From an uncultured delta proteobacterium (GTDB taxonomy: Bacteria > Desulfobacterota > Binatia > DP-6), in NCBI GenBank assembly GCA_963815115.1, contig CAWFFN010000005.1, positions 1,120,001 through 1,184,000 on the forward strand: DNA of 64,000 nt, in the 5' to 3' direction. Positions 31,017 to 40,633 of the stretch are shown in pieces. Positions within the stretch are counted from its first letter, which is position 1; each line of letters opens with the position of its first letter. The notes beneath the pieces are model-generated. The model was not told where the DNA came from. It saw only the letters and a list, made by a program, of their open reading frames with translations, and did no database searches. The position numbers and the translations under genes were made by a program.

Positions 31017-32189
31017 ATGACGCATGGGCAGGAGGCGCTTCGCATGGGATACGAGGTCTTGCGGTTCCCCTACGGCGGCACGATCGACGCGGACGGACAC
31101 GTCCTCGAGCCGGCGTGGCTCTGGGAGGAATACCTCGAGGAGCGCTTCCGGCCGCGCGCCATGCGGGTGCGCGCCGACGAGCGCGGGCTCGAGTACCTCG
31201 AGCTCGACGGGCGTCCCTCGGAGCGGACGAAGAACGGCGTGCTCGGGCTCATGGGAGCGATGGGTGATCCGGATGCCAAGCCGGGACCCGAGCGGCGTTA
31301 CATGGACCACGTGCCCTACGGCGCCGGCGACGCGGCCGAGCGCGTCGAGCTGCTCGCTCGCGAGAACCTGGAGAAGAGCGTCCTCTATCCCACGATCGGC
31401 CTGCTCTGGGAGTGCGAGGTGACGGATCCCGAGATCTCGATCGCGTACATGCGCGCCTACAACCGCTGGATCGCCGATTTCTGTCGCCCGACCGGTGGCC
31501 GCCTGGTGCCGATCGCGCACCTCACGCTGCTCGATCCCGGGGCGGCGGCCGCGGAGCTCGAGCGTGCGGTCGAGGACGGCTGCCGGGGCGCATTCCTCGC
31601 GCCGTTCACGCACAGCAGGAAGCCACACGGACATCCCGACCACGACGTGCTGTTCGCGAAGGCGTGCGCGCTCGACGTCCCCCTCGGCATTCACCCGACG
31701 TACGAGCCGGCCTGGGCGATGCCGGTGCGGTTCAAGGGGCTGGGGCGCTCGGGGGAGTTCTTCTACAACGTCATGCTGCGCCAGGGCGTGCAGCAGGCAT
31801 TCCTCTCCTTTTTCGCGCTCGGCACACTCGACCGCTTCCCGACCTTGCGCCTCGGCGTGCTCGAGGCCGGGTCGGGCTGGGTCGGCGCGTTCCTCGATCG
31901 CATGGACGCGATCCACGACACGATCTCGGCCAGCGGCGTGGCGCTGGCGATGAAGCCGTCGGATTACTTCCGCCGTCAGTGCTTCATCTCGGGCGATCCG
32001 GACGAGACCGCCGCACCGCTGACGATCGAGCACGTCGGCGCGGATTGCTTCCTCTGGGCCACCGACTACCCGCACCCCGACCATCCCAGCACGTGGGTGC
32101 GCGCCCTCGAGCGCTTCGTGGAGCCGCTCGCCCCCGCTGCCCGCGCCAAGGTGCTGGGCGAGAACGTGGCGCGAATATACCGGCTCTAG
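31017..32189 (+). CDS. Amidohydrolase_2-family protein
   Basis: IDADGHVLEP, AYNRWIADFC, LEAGSGW and WATDYPHPD motifs. Confidence 0.92.
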   Translation: MTHGQEALRMGYEVLRFPYGGTIDADGHVLEPAWLWEEYLEERFRPRAMRVRADERGLEYLELDGRPSERTKNGVLGLMGAMGDPDAKPGPERRYMDHVPYGAGDAAERVELLARENLEKSVLYPTIGLLWECEVTDPEISIAYMRAYNRWIADFCRPTGGRLVPIAHLTLLDPGAAAAELERAVEDGCRGAFLAPFTHSRKPHGHPDHDVLFAKACALDVPLGIHPTYEPAWAMPVRFKGLGRSGEFFYNVMLRQGVQQAFLSFFALGTLDRFPTLRLGVLEAGSGWVGAFLDRMDAIHDTISASGVALAMKPSDYFRRQCFISGDPDETAAPLTIEHVGADCFLWATDYPHPDHPSTWVRALERFVEPLAPAARAKVLGENVARIYRL

Positions 32190-32218
32190 TAGTTGCCTCT
32201 GGTCGGCCCCGAGAGCGA

Positions 32219-32488
32219 TCAGTCCCAGTCACCATCGTGGTGATGGTGATGCTTGTGGTGCTTGTCCCAGTGTTCCCAGTGCTTCCAGTAGTGCTTGTGC
32301 GGCGGAGGGCCGTAGTAGACCGGCGGCGAGTAGACCACCGCGGGTGGGGGAGTAACGACGACCGGCGGCCCGACTGGAGGGCCCGCATGTAAGGAGAATC
32401 CGGGCGTGTGGATGGATACCCGAGCGCTCGCGGGTGCGATCAGCGCGCTGCAGGCCAGCAGCGTGGCAGCAAGTATCGTGGTTCGCAT
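32219..32488 (-). CDS. Small secreted Pro-rich protein with His/Trp-rich tail
   Basis: AGGAGG RBS, signal peptide ending ASA-R, C-terminus HKHYWKHWEHWDKHHKHHHHHDGDWD. Confidence 0.75.
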   Translation of the reverse strand: MRTTILAATLLACSALIAPASARVSIHTPGFSLHAGPPVGPPVVVTPPPAVVYSPPVYYGPPPHKHYWKHWEHWDKHHKHHHHHDGDWD

Positions 32489-32799
32489 CTGACGGACCTC
32501 CTGCGTGTCGGTGAACCGTCCTCCCGCATGAAGGTTATGCGGGATACGCAACCGCACAAGACGCGATGTGCGACCGTTTTCGCGCGGGTACTGCGCCTTG
32601 TCATCACGCAGACGCAGCGAGCGGGCGGTGCGCTCGGCGCCATCGAGTACTCAAGCGCCGTGTCCACCGTGGCTCCGCCGGTTGCGAAACGATCAGCATC
32701 ACGGACTGACACGAAGCCACGGGCGCGATCACGCCGCGCCCGCGTCCGCTATTCCGCTCGCGGAAGCCGTCGTCGCGGCGGTTCGACTCCGGCCCGTTG

Positions 32800-32991
32800 C
32801 TACTGGCCGGTGACGCCCTGCTTGGTGGGGTGATGGGGTGGCCGCTGCTTGGTGGGATGATGGGGCGGCCGCTGCTGCTTGGTCGGGTGATGGGGTGGCT
32901 TGCGGGGATGGGTCGTCGCCAGCACGGGCGCGGCGAGCATGCCCGACAGCGCGAGCGCGGACAGAGCGGTGCGCAGCTTGAGGGTGACCAT
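32800..32991 (-). CDS. Small secreted peptide with three PPHHPTKQ repeats
   Basis: GGGAGA RBS, signal peptide, three tandem repeats. Confidence 0.65.
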   Translation of the reverse strand: MVTLKLRTALSALALSGMLAAPVLATTHPRKPPHHPTKQQRPPHHPTKQRPPHHPTKQGVTGQ

Positions 32992-33099
32992 ATCGCCGAT
33001 TCTCCCTTCCATCCAGGAACACGCCGGAGGCGCCGGAGAGCGAGGAGCGGTCCGTTCGGTGGTTTCAGGACGGTCTGCGAGGTACGTCATGGCGTCGGG

Positions 33100-33342
33100 T
33101 CATTTGCAATGCCTGGTGGCACGCCGTGACCCCGAACAGGTGCCACTGGTGCACTGGCTGTTCCGTGTGCACGGTGCGCCGGAGGGGTGCGTGCGCGTCC
33201 GACCGCTTCGGCAGATTGCACCCTGGCAGTAGCGGGAGGCGCATTGCCGGTCGAACCGACAATGCGAGCCGTCTGGCATCCTCGCGAAGCTCGACGTCGC
33301 CAGCAACATCACCAGGCCTCCTGCCAGAACGAGACGATGCAT
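33100..33342 (-). CDS. Small secreted protein with two 4-Cys modules
   Basis: AAGGAGG RBS, signal peptide ending SFA-R, G..C-x5-C-x4-C-xn-C twice. Confidence 0.75.
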   Translation of the reverse strand: MHRLVLAGGLVMLLATSSFARMPDGSHCRFDRQCASRYCQGAICRSGRTRTHPSGAPCTRNSQCTSGTCSGSRRATRHCK

Positions 33343-33454
33343 CGTGATTTCCTCCTTGTGGATGTTGTCGCAACGAGAGGAGCGGTGCCAAGAGGGCCCG
33401 AGTAGTCCGTTGGCACAGGCGCCGCGGCGTCGGAAGAGCCGTCCCGTCCACCGA

Positions 33455-34255
33455 TCATTTCGAGCTCCGTATCGGGCGGCGGCGCCGGAGCATGCGGAGA
33501 TAGGCCCAGCCGGCGAGTCCGGCGAAGAGGTGCTTGAGCGTGTGGCCGCTGACGAGGTGGCCCAGGCGGTAGACCGGCTCGTCCAGAACTTCGAAGACCT
33601 TGGCGAGGCCGTAGAGCGCGACGGCGAGGAGAAGCTCCCGGCCGCCGGTGTAGCGCGGCGGAAAGAGAACGACCATGAGCGGGATCGCGAGCACCGCCAT
33701 TGCCTGGATGAGGAAGTAGAACCGGAGATCGCCGCGCGCGACCCAGTAGACCACGCTTCCAGCTCCGGCGGCGACCAGCGGGAAGAACAGGACTGCGCCC
33801 CACCGGAGGCTCACCCGCTCGATGATCGTGATGCCCAGGAGCGCGCTGAAGAGCAGTCCCAGCGGCAAGCGGTCCCAGAACAGGCTGCGGTCGTTCGGAT
33901 CCCAGTGGTAGTAGGCGGACCCGAACGCCGTGAGGAAGAGGGCGAGCATGAGGACGGCCGAGGGCGCGCGCTCCCAGCTCTCGCGGAACGAGGGGGAGGG
34001 CCGCGCCACGAACCGGAGACCGAGCGCGCCCACGACGAGGAAGGGTAGGTTCGAAAGAACGTTCAGCGCGTTGGGAAGATTCCGGAATCCACGCGTGTCG
34101 GCGAACTCATGGTAGCTCGTCCACTGGTGGAGGGCCGGAAGCGCGAGCGTGACGCCGAGGGCCGCCAGGCCCAGTCCGGCAAGGAGGAGCGCGCGAGGGT
34201 CGTATCGGTCGGGGATCACGTCACGCATGATGATGAGGGCGGGCCGCCCGTGCAT
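33455..34255 (-). CDS. Alkaline phytoceramidase-like membrane protein
   Basis: YHEFAD.R..NVLSNLPF, GSAYYHW.P..LFWDRLP and SGHTLKHL motifs. Confidence 0.88.
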   Translation of the reverse strand: MHGRPALIIMRDVIPDRYDPRALLLAGLGLAALGVTLALPALHQWTSYHEFADTRGFRNLPNALNVLSNLPFLVVGALGLRFVARPSPSFRESWERAPSAVLMLALFLTAFGSAYYHWDPNDRSLFWDRLPLGLLFSALLGITIIERVSLRWGAVLFFPLVAAGAGSVVYWVARGDLRFYFLIQAMAVLAIPLMVVLFPPRYTGGRELLLAVALYGLAKVFEVLDEPVYRLGHLVSGHTLKHLFAGLAGWAYLRMLRRRRPIRSSK

Positions 34256-34282
34256 TGCCGTCCTTGCCCCCCCGACAGGCGG

Positions 34283-35845
34283 CTATTTGCCGGAGGCGAC
34301 TCGCAGCGACTCGGCCAGATGCCATGCGTGGTAGAGGGAGCCATCGGCCCACGCGAGCGTCTCGAGAACGGTGCGGGCCGTCGCCGCGGGTACGCGTTGC
34401 AGGGCGACATCCTCCAAGGTCTTCTCGCGGCCGGCCCTGCATTCGGCGCTGAGCCGTTTCGAGGCATCTTCGAGCGCCGCGAAGATGGCCGGGTCGGGTG
34501 CCGATTCGGGGTCCTTCGTCGCGCCGAGCCACGCGGCGAGTGCCTGGGCGCCCGCAGCGAAGGCCCCGGGGGGCTTCCCGCCGCCGACGGCAGATGGGAT
34601 GCGCGTCAGGTCGTCGTGCAGCTGGGTGAGATGATCCAGCGCGTGTGTGAGGCGGACGAGGCGGGGCCCGATCGTCCCCAGATCGGTGGTTTCCAGCGAG
34701 AGCGATTCGAGGAAATGCTCGATCTGCTGGACCGAGTCGACCGGAGGGTCCTGGGTTGCGGATGCGCCGGCGAGCGTGCTGCGGACCGCATCGACGGCAG
34801 GGTGCGCGACCTCCAGGATCGCACGCCATGCCGCCTCGAGCGCGATGGGCGCTCCCGCGTCGGCCAGGGCGGGCTCGAGGCGGCCGACGGCCGACTCGCT
34901 TCCGCTTCCGGAGATCCGGACGATGAGCTGGGCGAAGCGATCGATCCAGGGCAAGAAGGCCGCGATTCCCGCAAACTTGAAGATGCTGCTGAACGCCGCG
35001 AGCGCCAGCACGCCGTCGGGATCGTAGAGCCGACCACCCACCCAGTCCGCGGCTGCCGCCAGCGGCCGGAGAAACAGCATCCCCAGGATGCCGACGATCG
35101 AGCTGAAGAGGATGTGCGCCAGCGCCGCGCGGCGCACCGCGAGGCCGCCGCCGATCATCACCAGCGCGCTCGTCGCCGTCGTTCCGATGCTCTGCCCGAC
35201 GATCATGGCGCAGCCCTGCTCGAAGGTCACCGAGCCCGCATTCAGCGCGACGAGCGTCACCGCAGCGGCCGCGGTCGAGCTCTGCATGACGATCGTCATG
35301 ACGATCCCGATGCCGGCGAGAATCCATTGCGAGCCGGGACCCGTGAACGCCTCGAAGTTCCACGAGACGCCCTTCATCCCCGTCTGCATGTACTCGATCG
35401 CGGTGAAGAGCAGTCCGAACCCCGCGAGGATCGCGCCGAGCGAGCGTGTCTTCCCCTTGGCGACTATCCACATCAGGGCGCCGACGCCGAGGATGGGAAG
35501 CGCCGCGGTCGCGATCCGCACCCGAAAGCCGAAGATCGCCAGCAGCCACGGCGTCGAGGTGGTGCCGAGCGTCGCACCCATGATGACCCCGATCGCCTGG
35601 GAGAAGGTGACCAGTCCCACGCTGACGAAGCCGATGACGGTGAGGATGGCCGCGGTGGACGACTGGATCAGCGCCGTGAAGACCGCGCCGGACGCGACGG
35701 CGCTGAATCGCCCGGACACGAGCCTCTGGAGTCCGCGGCGGAGCGAATCGCCCGCAAGCCCCTTCAGGCCTTCGGTGAGGTGGTGGATGCCGAGCAGGAA
35801 CAGGCCGAGCCCACCCAGGAGGGTCACGGCGGAGTAGGTGTTCAT
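34283..35845 (-). CDS. Na+/Pi cotransporter-family protein
   Basis: GGLGLFLLG, two QSS motifs, GATLGTT. Confidence 0.9.
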   Translation of the reverse strand: MNTYSAVTLLGGLGLFLLGIHHLTEGLKGLAGDSLRRGLQRLVSGRFSAVASGAVFTALIQSSTAAILTVIGFVSVGLVTFSQAIGVIMGATLGTTSTPWLLAIFGFRVRIATAALPILGVGALMWIVAKGKTRSLGAILAGFGLLFTAIEYMQTGMKGVSWNFEAFTGPGSQWILAGIGIVMTIVMQSSTAAAAVTLVALNAGSVTFEQGCAMIVGQSIGTTATSALVMIGGGLAVRRAALAHILFSSIVGILGMLFLRPLAAAADWVGGRLYDPDGVLALAAFSSIFKFAGIAAFLPWIDRFAQLIVRISGSGSESAVGRLEPALADAGAPIALEAAWRAILEVAHPAVDAVRSTLAGASATQDPPVDSVQQIEHFLESLSLETTDLGTIGPRLVRLTHALDHLTQLHDDLTRIPSAVGGGKPPGAFAAGAQALAAWLGATKDPESAPDPAIFAALEDASKRLSAECRAGREKTLEDVALQRVPAATARTVLETLAWADGSLYHAWHLAESLRVASGK

Positions 35846-35908
35846 GGGCTACTCGTGCCGGCGTTCACGACGCCGGCCGTGTCGTCCCGAAGCGATCCGT
35901 CATCGCGG

Positions 35909-36051
35909 GATGCCGCTGTCCACCACATACCTCTCGAATTCGGCGCAGACCTCGTGAAGAGCGCCGGCGGGCGCCTTCGAGAAGAATCCCATCACGGATT
36001 CGACCGTGGCGGCTTGTACCAGCTGCGGTCGAAGATTGCGATCTCCCCGCA
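35909..36051 (-). pseudogene. Degenerate internal fragment of a third ppk2
   Basis: GEIAIFDRSWYK / VESVMGF / EVCAEFERYVVDSGI across frames, colinear with ppk2 at 39587-40381. Confidence 0.75.
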
Positions 36052-36177
36052 GTCACCTCGATCGTCGCCAACCGCCGCGCTCGTCGAGGCAATCGCGCGT
36101 CATGGGCAGATCGGCGCCTCCCGAGCGAACGCCCATTGACGCCCTGGCCCCATCGGAGGTACGGGGCGGGCGATTCA

Positions 36178-36270
36178 ATCAGCAATGCGCTGAACGACGT
36201 GCTCGAGCTCCGGAGCGTCGCCTTCGTGATGGATGGCGGACTGGTCGTCGAGGATGCGCTGACGCACTGA
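36178..36270 (+). pseudogene. Possible remnant of an amidohydrolase C-terminus
   Basis: NALNDVLELRSVAFVMDGGLVV* resembles the DPL.DI..L..V.FVMKGG.V ending. Confidence 0.4.
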
Positions 36271-36306
36271 GCAGGCCCTCGACACCTGTCCTGAAGGAGG
36301 ATCGCG

Positions 36307-36708
36307 ATGCAGACAGCGTTGGCCAAGCGGATGGACGAGCTGGTCGAGTGCGGCTGGGAACCCGTCACGACCACGGAGACCAGCGCATCCCTCATCGGGA
36401 GGCGGCCCTTCAACTGGTGGATGTTCCTGTTCGTCGTGATCTTCTTTCCGTTCTTCGGCGGCATTCTGTATCTGATCTTCTGGCTCGCGACCTCCCGGGC
36501 GACGGTCTTCCTTCATCAGGACGGGGAGCAGGTCCACGAAGCTGGCGACCTGTGGCTCGTCCGGCTGCAGGAGGCGCGCCGCGAGGCCCTGATCGCGGAG
36601 CAGCGGCAAATCAAGGAACGGGGCTTCCTGGCCGTGATGTGGCCGCAGCTCCTCGTCTATCTCGTGCTGCTGTTCCTGTGGATCACGATCCTGCGCCGGT
36701 ACTGGTAG
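36307..36708 (+). CDS. Hypothetical membrane protein
   Basis: AAGGAGG RBS; several hydrophobic segments. Confidence 0.75.
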   Translation: MQTALAKRMDELVECGWEPVTTTETSASLIGRRPFNWWMFLFVVIFFPFFGGILYLIFWLATSRATVFLHQDGEQVHEAGDLWLVRLQEARREALIAEQRQIKERGFLAVMWPQLLVYLVLLFLWITILRRYW

Positions 36709-36755
36709 TCGAGCGTGTCTCCCCGCGGAGGCGGGTGGCGGAAGGGAGCCTGCGG

Positions 36756-39506
36756 ATGAATGGTGCGGCCAACGCTGGACCCGCGAGCGAAGCCACGGCG
36801 TGGCATGCGATCGCCGCCGACGAGGTCGTGCGGCGGCTCGACAGCCGAACCGACTCGGGCCTCGATGCAGCCGAGGCCAAGCGCCGCCTGGAGAAATACG
36901 GCCCCAACAGCTTGCCGGAAGCCGCCAAGCAGGGTCCGTTCATGCGACTCCTGCTCCAGTTCAACAACGTGCTGGTCTACGTTCTGCTGGGCGCCGGATT
37001 CATCAAGGCGATGATGGGTCTGTGGCTCGACGCGTCGGTCATCCTCGGCGTCGTCATCCTGAACGCGCTGCTCGGGTTCGTTCAGGAGGGCAGGGCGGAG
37101 AAGGCGCTGGATTCCATCCGCGGCATGCTGTCGGCGGAAGCCCGGACGGTGCGCGGCGGGGAGCCCCGCATGGTGCCGGCAGAGGCGCTGGTGCCGGGCG
37201 ACGTCGTGCTTCTCGAATCGGGCGACCGGATTCCGGCGGACCTGCGCCTCGCCGACGTCAAGAACCTGCGAACGGAGGAAGCGGCGCTCACCGGCGAGTC
37301 GGTTCCCGCGGACAAGTCGACCGCCGCCGTGGCCGCGAACGCCACCGTCGGGGATCGCGCGGGCATGGCGTTCTCCGGTACGCTGGTGGTGTCCGGCCGC
37401 GCGACGGGGGTCGTCGTCGGGACGGGCAGCGACACGGAGCTGGGCCGCATCAACCAGATGCTCGCCGGGGTCAGTGCCCTCGAGACTCCGCTCCTGCGTC
37501 AGATCAAGAAGTTCGGATCCGCCATCACCGCCGTCATCCTCGTGGTGAGCGCGCTGATATTCGCCTTCGGCCATTGGGTGCGGGAGATGCCCTTCGTGGA
37601 GCTCTTCCAGGCGGTCACCGGCATCGCGGTGTCGGCCATTCCGGAGGGGCTGCCCGCGCTCATCACGATCACGCTCGCGATCGGCGTGCAGCGAATGGCC
37701 CGGCGCAATGCCATCATCCGGCGCCTGCCGGCCGTGGAGACCCTGGGATCGGTGTCCCGCATCTGCTCGGACAAGACCGGCACGCTCACGCTCATGGAGA
37801 TGATGGTGGTATCGGCCGTCACCGCCGAATCGGCTTACCAGGTCACCGGCGACGGCTATGCGAACGAGGGGCAGGTCCTGCTGGACGGACGGCCCGCGGG
37901 CGATGATCGCGTCCTCGAGCTCATCGGGCGCGTCTCCATGCTGTGCAACGATTCGGAGCTCCGTCAGGAGGAAGGGACCTGGAAGGTGGAGGGCGATCCG
38001 ACCGAGGGAGCCCTCTACCCCTTCGCGTCCAAGCTCGGGCTGGAACGGCGCGCCGAGCAAGCCGCCGCTCCGCGCGTCGACGCCATCCCGTTCGAATCGG
38101 AGCACCGGTTCATGGCGACCTTGCATGGCTCGTCCGGCGGCGCTCAGGTCCTGTTCGTCAAGGGTGCACCGGAAGTCATCCTCGATCATTGCGACCGGCA
38201 GGAGACCAAGCGCGGAGAGCACGCGCCGATCGATCGCGATCATTGGATGAAGGCGTCGGACAGGCTCGCGGGGAACGGTGAGCGTGTGCTGGCCCTGGCG
38301 TGGCTCGACGACCCGGGGGTCACGGCGGGGAGTCTCGGTCCGGAAGATCTGCCGAAGCACCTGGTCCTGCTCGGTCTGATCGGGCTGCTCGATCCGCCGC
38401 GCAAGGAGGCCATCGAGGCCATCAAGGAATGTCATGGCGGCGGCATCCGCGTGACGATGATCACGGGGGATCACAAGATCACCGCCGCGGCCATCGCCAA
38501 GATGCTGGGCATCGGCGACGGGACGACGGCGCTCACCGGGGCGGAGATCGAGGGAACGGACAACGCGACGCTGCAGGAGCGGGTCCGCGACTGCGATGTC
38601 TTCGCGCGCGCCAGCCCCGAGCACAAGCTCCGACTGGTGAAGGCGATCAAGGCGAACAAGCAGATCGTGGCGATGACCGGCGACGGGGTGAACGACGCCC
38701 CGGCCCTCAAGAAGGCCGACATCGGCGTCGCCATGGGCATCAAGGGCACCGAGGTCACGAAGGAGGCTGCCGCGATGGTGCTCGCCGACGACAATTTCGC
38801 CTCGATCGCGGCGGCCGTACGGGAAGGCCGTACGGTCTACAACAACATCGAGAAGGCCATGCTGTTCATGCTGCCGACCAACATCGCCCAGGCGCTGGTC
38901 ATCATGGCGGCCATCTTCGTCGGCTTCACCTCACCGATCACGGCGCCGCAGATCCTCTGGGTCAACATGGTGACGTCCGTGGCGCTCGGGCTGGTCATTT
39001 CCTTCGAGCCGCACGAGCTGGACGTGATGCAGCGCCCGCCCCGGGCGGTCGACCGCCCGATCGTCGACGCGTTCGGTATCTGGCGCATCGTCTTCGTCGG
39101 TGCGTTGCTGCTCGCGCTCACCCTGGGGGCGTTCTTCTGGGCCAAGTCCCAGGATGCATCCGACGATCTCGCCCGGACGCTCGCCGTGAACGCCCTGGTC
39201 ATCGGCCAGGTCTTCTACCTGCTCAACAGCCGCTACAAGCTCGACTCGTCGCTGTCCCTGCGGGCGCACCTCGGCAACTCGTACCTTCCGCTCGGTATCG
39301 GCGCGGTCGTCGTCCTGCAGCTCCTCTTCACCTACGCGCCGCCGCTCCAGGCGCTGTTCCACACCGAATCCATGCCGCTCCGCTACTGGCCGCCCCTCTT
39401 TGTCGGGGGCTTCCTCTTCTTCCTCGTCGTGGAAGCCGAGAAATTCATCCTCCGTACCCGGTCTTCGTCACGAGGAGTTCCCGCGCCGGCGCTATCGAGG
39501 GTGTGA
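36756..39506 (+). CDS. Cation-transporting P-type ATPase (P2A, PacL/CtpF-like)
   Basis: TGES, IPEGL, DKTGTLT, KGAPE, TGD and GDGVND motifs; start moved to ATG 36756 behind GGGAG. Confidence 0.95.
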   Translation: MNGAANAGPASEATAWHAIAADEVVRRLDSRTDSGLDAAEAKRRLEKYGPNSLPEAAKQGPFMRLLLQFNNVLVYVLLGAGFIKAMMGLWLDASVILGVVILNALLGFVQEGRAEKALDSIRGMLSAEARTVRGGEPRMVPAEALVPGDVVLLESGDRIPADLRLADVKNLRTEEAALTGESVPADKSTAAVAANATVGDRAGMAFSGTLVVSGRATGVVVGTGSDTELGRINQMLAGVSALETPLLRQIKKFGSAITAVILVVSALIFAFGHWVREMPFVELFQAVTGIAVSAIPEGLPALITITLAIGVQRMARRNAIIRRLPAVETLGSVSRICSDKTGTLTLMEMMVVSAVTAESAYQVTGDGYANEGQVLLDGRPAGDDRVLELIGRVSMLCNDSELRQEEGTWKVEGDPTEGALYPFASKLGLERRAEQAAAPRVDAIPFESEHRFMATLHGSSGGAQVLFVKGAPEVILDHCDRQETKRGEHAPIDRDHWMKASDRLAGNGERVLALAWLDDPGVTAGSLGPEDLPKHLVLLGLIGLLDPPRKEAIEAIKECHGGGIRVTMITGDHKITAAAIAKMLGIGDGTTALTGAEIEGTDNATLQERVRDCDVFARASPEHKLRLVKAIKANKQIVAMTGDGVNDAPALKKADIGVAMGIKGTEVTKEAAAMVLADDNFASIAAAVREGRTVYNNIEKAMLFMLPTNIAQALVIMAAIFVGFTSPITAPQILWVNMVTSVALGLVISFEPHELDVMQRPPRAVDRPIVDAFGIWRIVFVGALLLALTLGAFFWAKSQDASDDLARTLAVNALVIGQVFYLLNSRYKLDSSLSLRAHLGNSYLPLGIGAVVVLQLLFTYAPPLQALFHTESMPLRYWPPLFVGGFLFFLVVEAEKFILRTRSSSRGVPAPALSRV

Positions 39507-39586
39507 ACGTTCTGCCGCGCCGGCTCCGCCGGCCGCGGCACGCCGTTGATCTCCGGCCGCGGTCGTCCCGAGCTCGGATCGAACTC

Positions 39587-40381
39587 TCAATACCGGTCCC
39601 GCACGAACCGTTTGCCCTTGAGCGTCGCCTGATCGTCGTAGGCGCGCTTCGTCGAGCGCTTCGGGACTTTTATCTTCTTCCGCGGCACCTTCTTGTAGGG
39701 GATCAGGCCGAGCAGGTGGCTGATGCAGTTCAGCCGCGCGCGCCGCTTGTCGTCCGATCGAACGACGTGCCAGGGCGCAAACTCCGTGTCCGTGGCCTCG
39801 AGCATCATGTCGCGCGCTCGCGAGTACTCGAACCATCTGCTGCGCGAGCACAGGTCCGTCGGGCTCAGCTTCCACTGTCGCAGCGGATCCGTGATGCGCG
39901 CCTCGAAGCGCCGCTTCTGCTCCACGTCGCTCACTTCCAGCCAGTACTTGACGAGCATGATGCCGTCGTCGACGACGTAGCGCTCGAACTCGGGGCACAC
40001 CACGAGAAACCGCCGGTGCTGGGCCTCGGAGCAGAACCCCATCACGTACTCGACGCCGGCCCGGTTGTACCAGCTGCGGTCGAAGATCACGATTTCGCCG
40101 GCCGCCGGCAAGTGCCGGACGAAGCGCTGCATGTACAGCTGTGACCGTTCGCGGTCGGATGGCGCGGGGAGCGCCACCACGCGGAACACTCTCGGGCTGA
40201 CGCGTTCGGTGATGGCCTTGATCGTGCCGCCCTTGCCGGCCGCGTCGCGTCCTTCGAAGACCACGACCACGCGCAGACCCTTCTCCTTGACCCAGTCCTG
40301 CAGCATGCACAGCTCGACCTGGAGCGAGCGCAGGTGCGCTTCGTATTCCTTGCGCTTCATCGGGTCGCGGGCGGTCGCCAT
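39587..40381 (-). CDS. ppk2: Polyphosphate kinase 2 (second copy)
   Basis: FEGRDAAGKGG and IFDRSWYNRAGVE motifs. Confidence 0.95.
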   Translation of the reverse strand: MATARDPMKRKEYEAHLRSLQVELCMLQDWVKEKGLRVVVVFEGRDAAGKGGTIKAITERVSPRVFRVVALPAPSDRERSQLYMQRFVRHLPAAGEIVIFDRSWYNRAGVEYVMGFCSEAQHRRFLVVCPEFERYVVDDGIMLVKYWLEVSDVEQKRRFEARITDPLRQWKLSPTDLCSRSRWFEYSRARDMMLEATDTEFAPWHVVRSDDKRRARLNCISHLLGLIPYKKVPRKKIKVPKRSTKRAYDDQATLKGKRFVRDRY

Positions 40382-40633
40382 CAGTCCAGTCCCCCTTCGT
40401 CGCGTGTCGTGCCAGGTTCGTCAGCGGGTCGCCTCGAGAGCGTCGCGCTGGTCCGGCATCGGTAGTGGACTTCTTAGTCTCGTCGCCCTGATCTTGTCGA
40501 CTCGCCGCCGGGCTGCGACGAACCGTACCGGCCGTGGACACGGATCGAACCGCACCCGGCGCAGCGTAGACGGCACGGGCGCCGTGAGCGGACGGCAAGA
40601 GCTTCGCTTCGTCGACGAGCCGGACGCGGCCCG

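Noticed and set aside
36006-36755. 250-aa N-terminal extension of the P-type ATPase
   Set aside because: Overlaps a better gene (36307-36708); ATG 36756 has a RBS.
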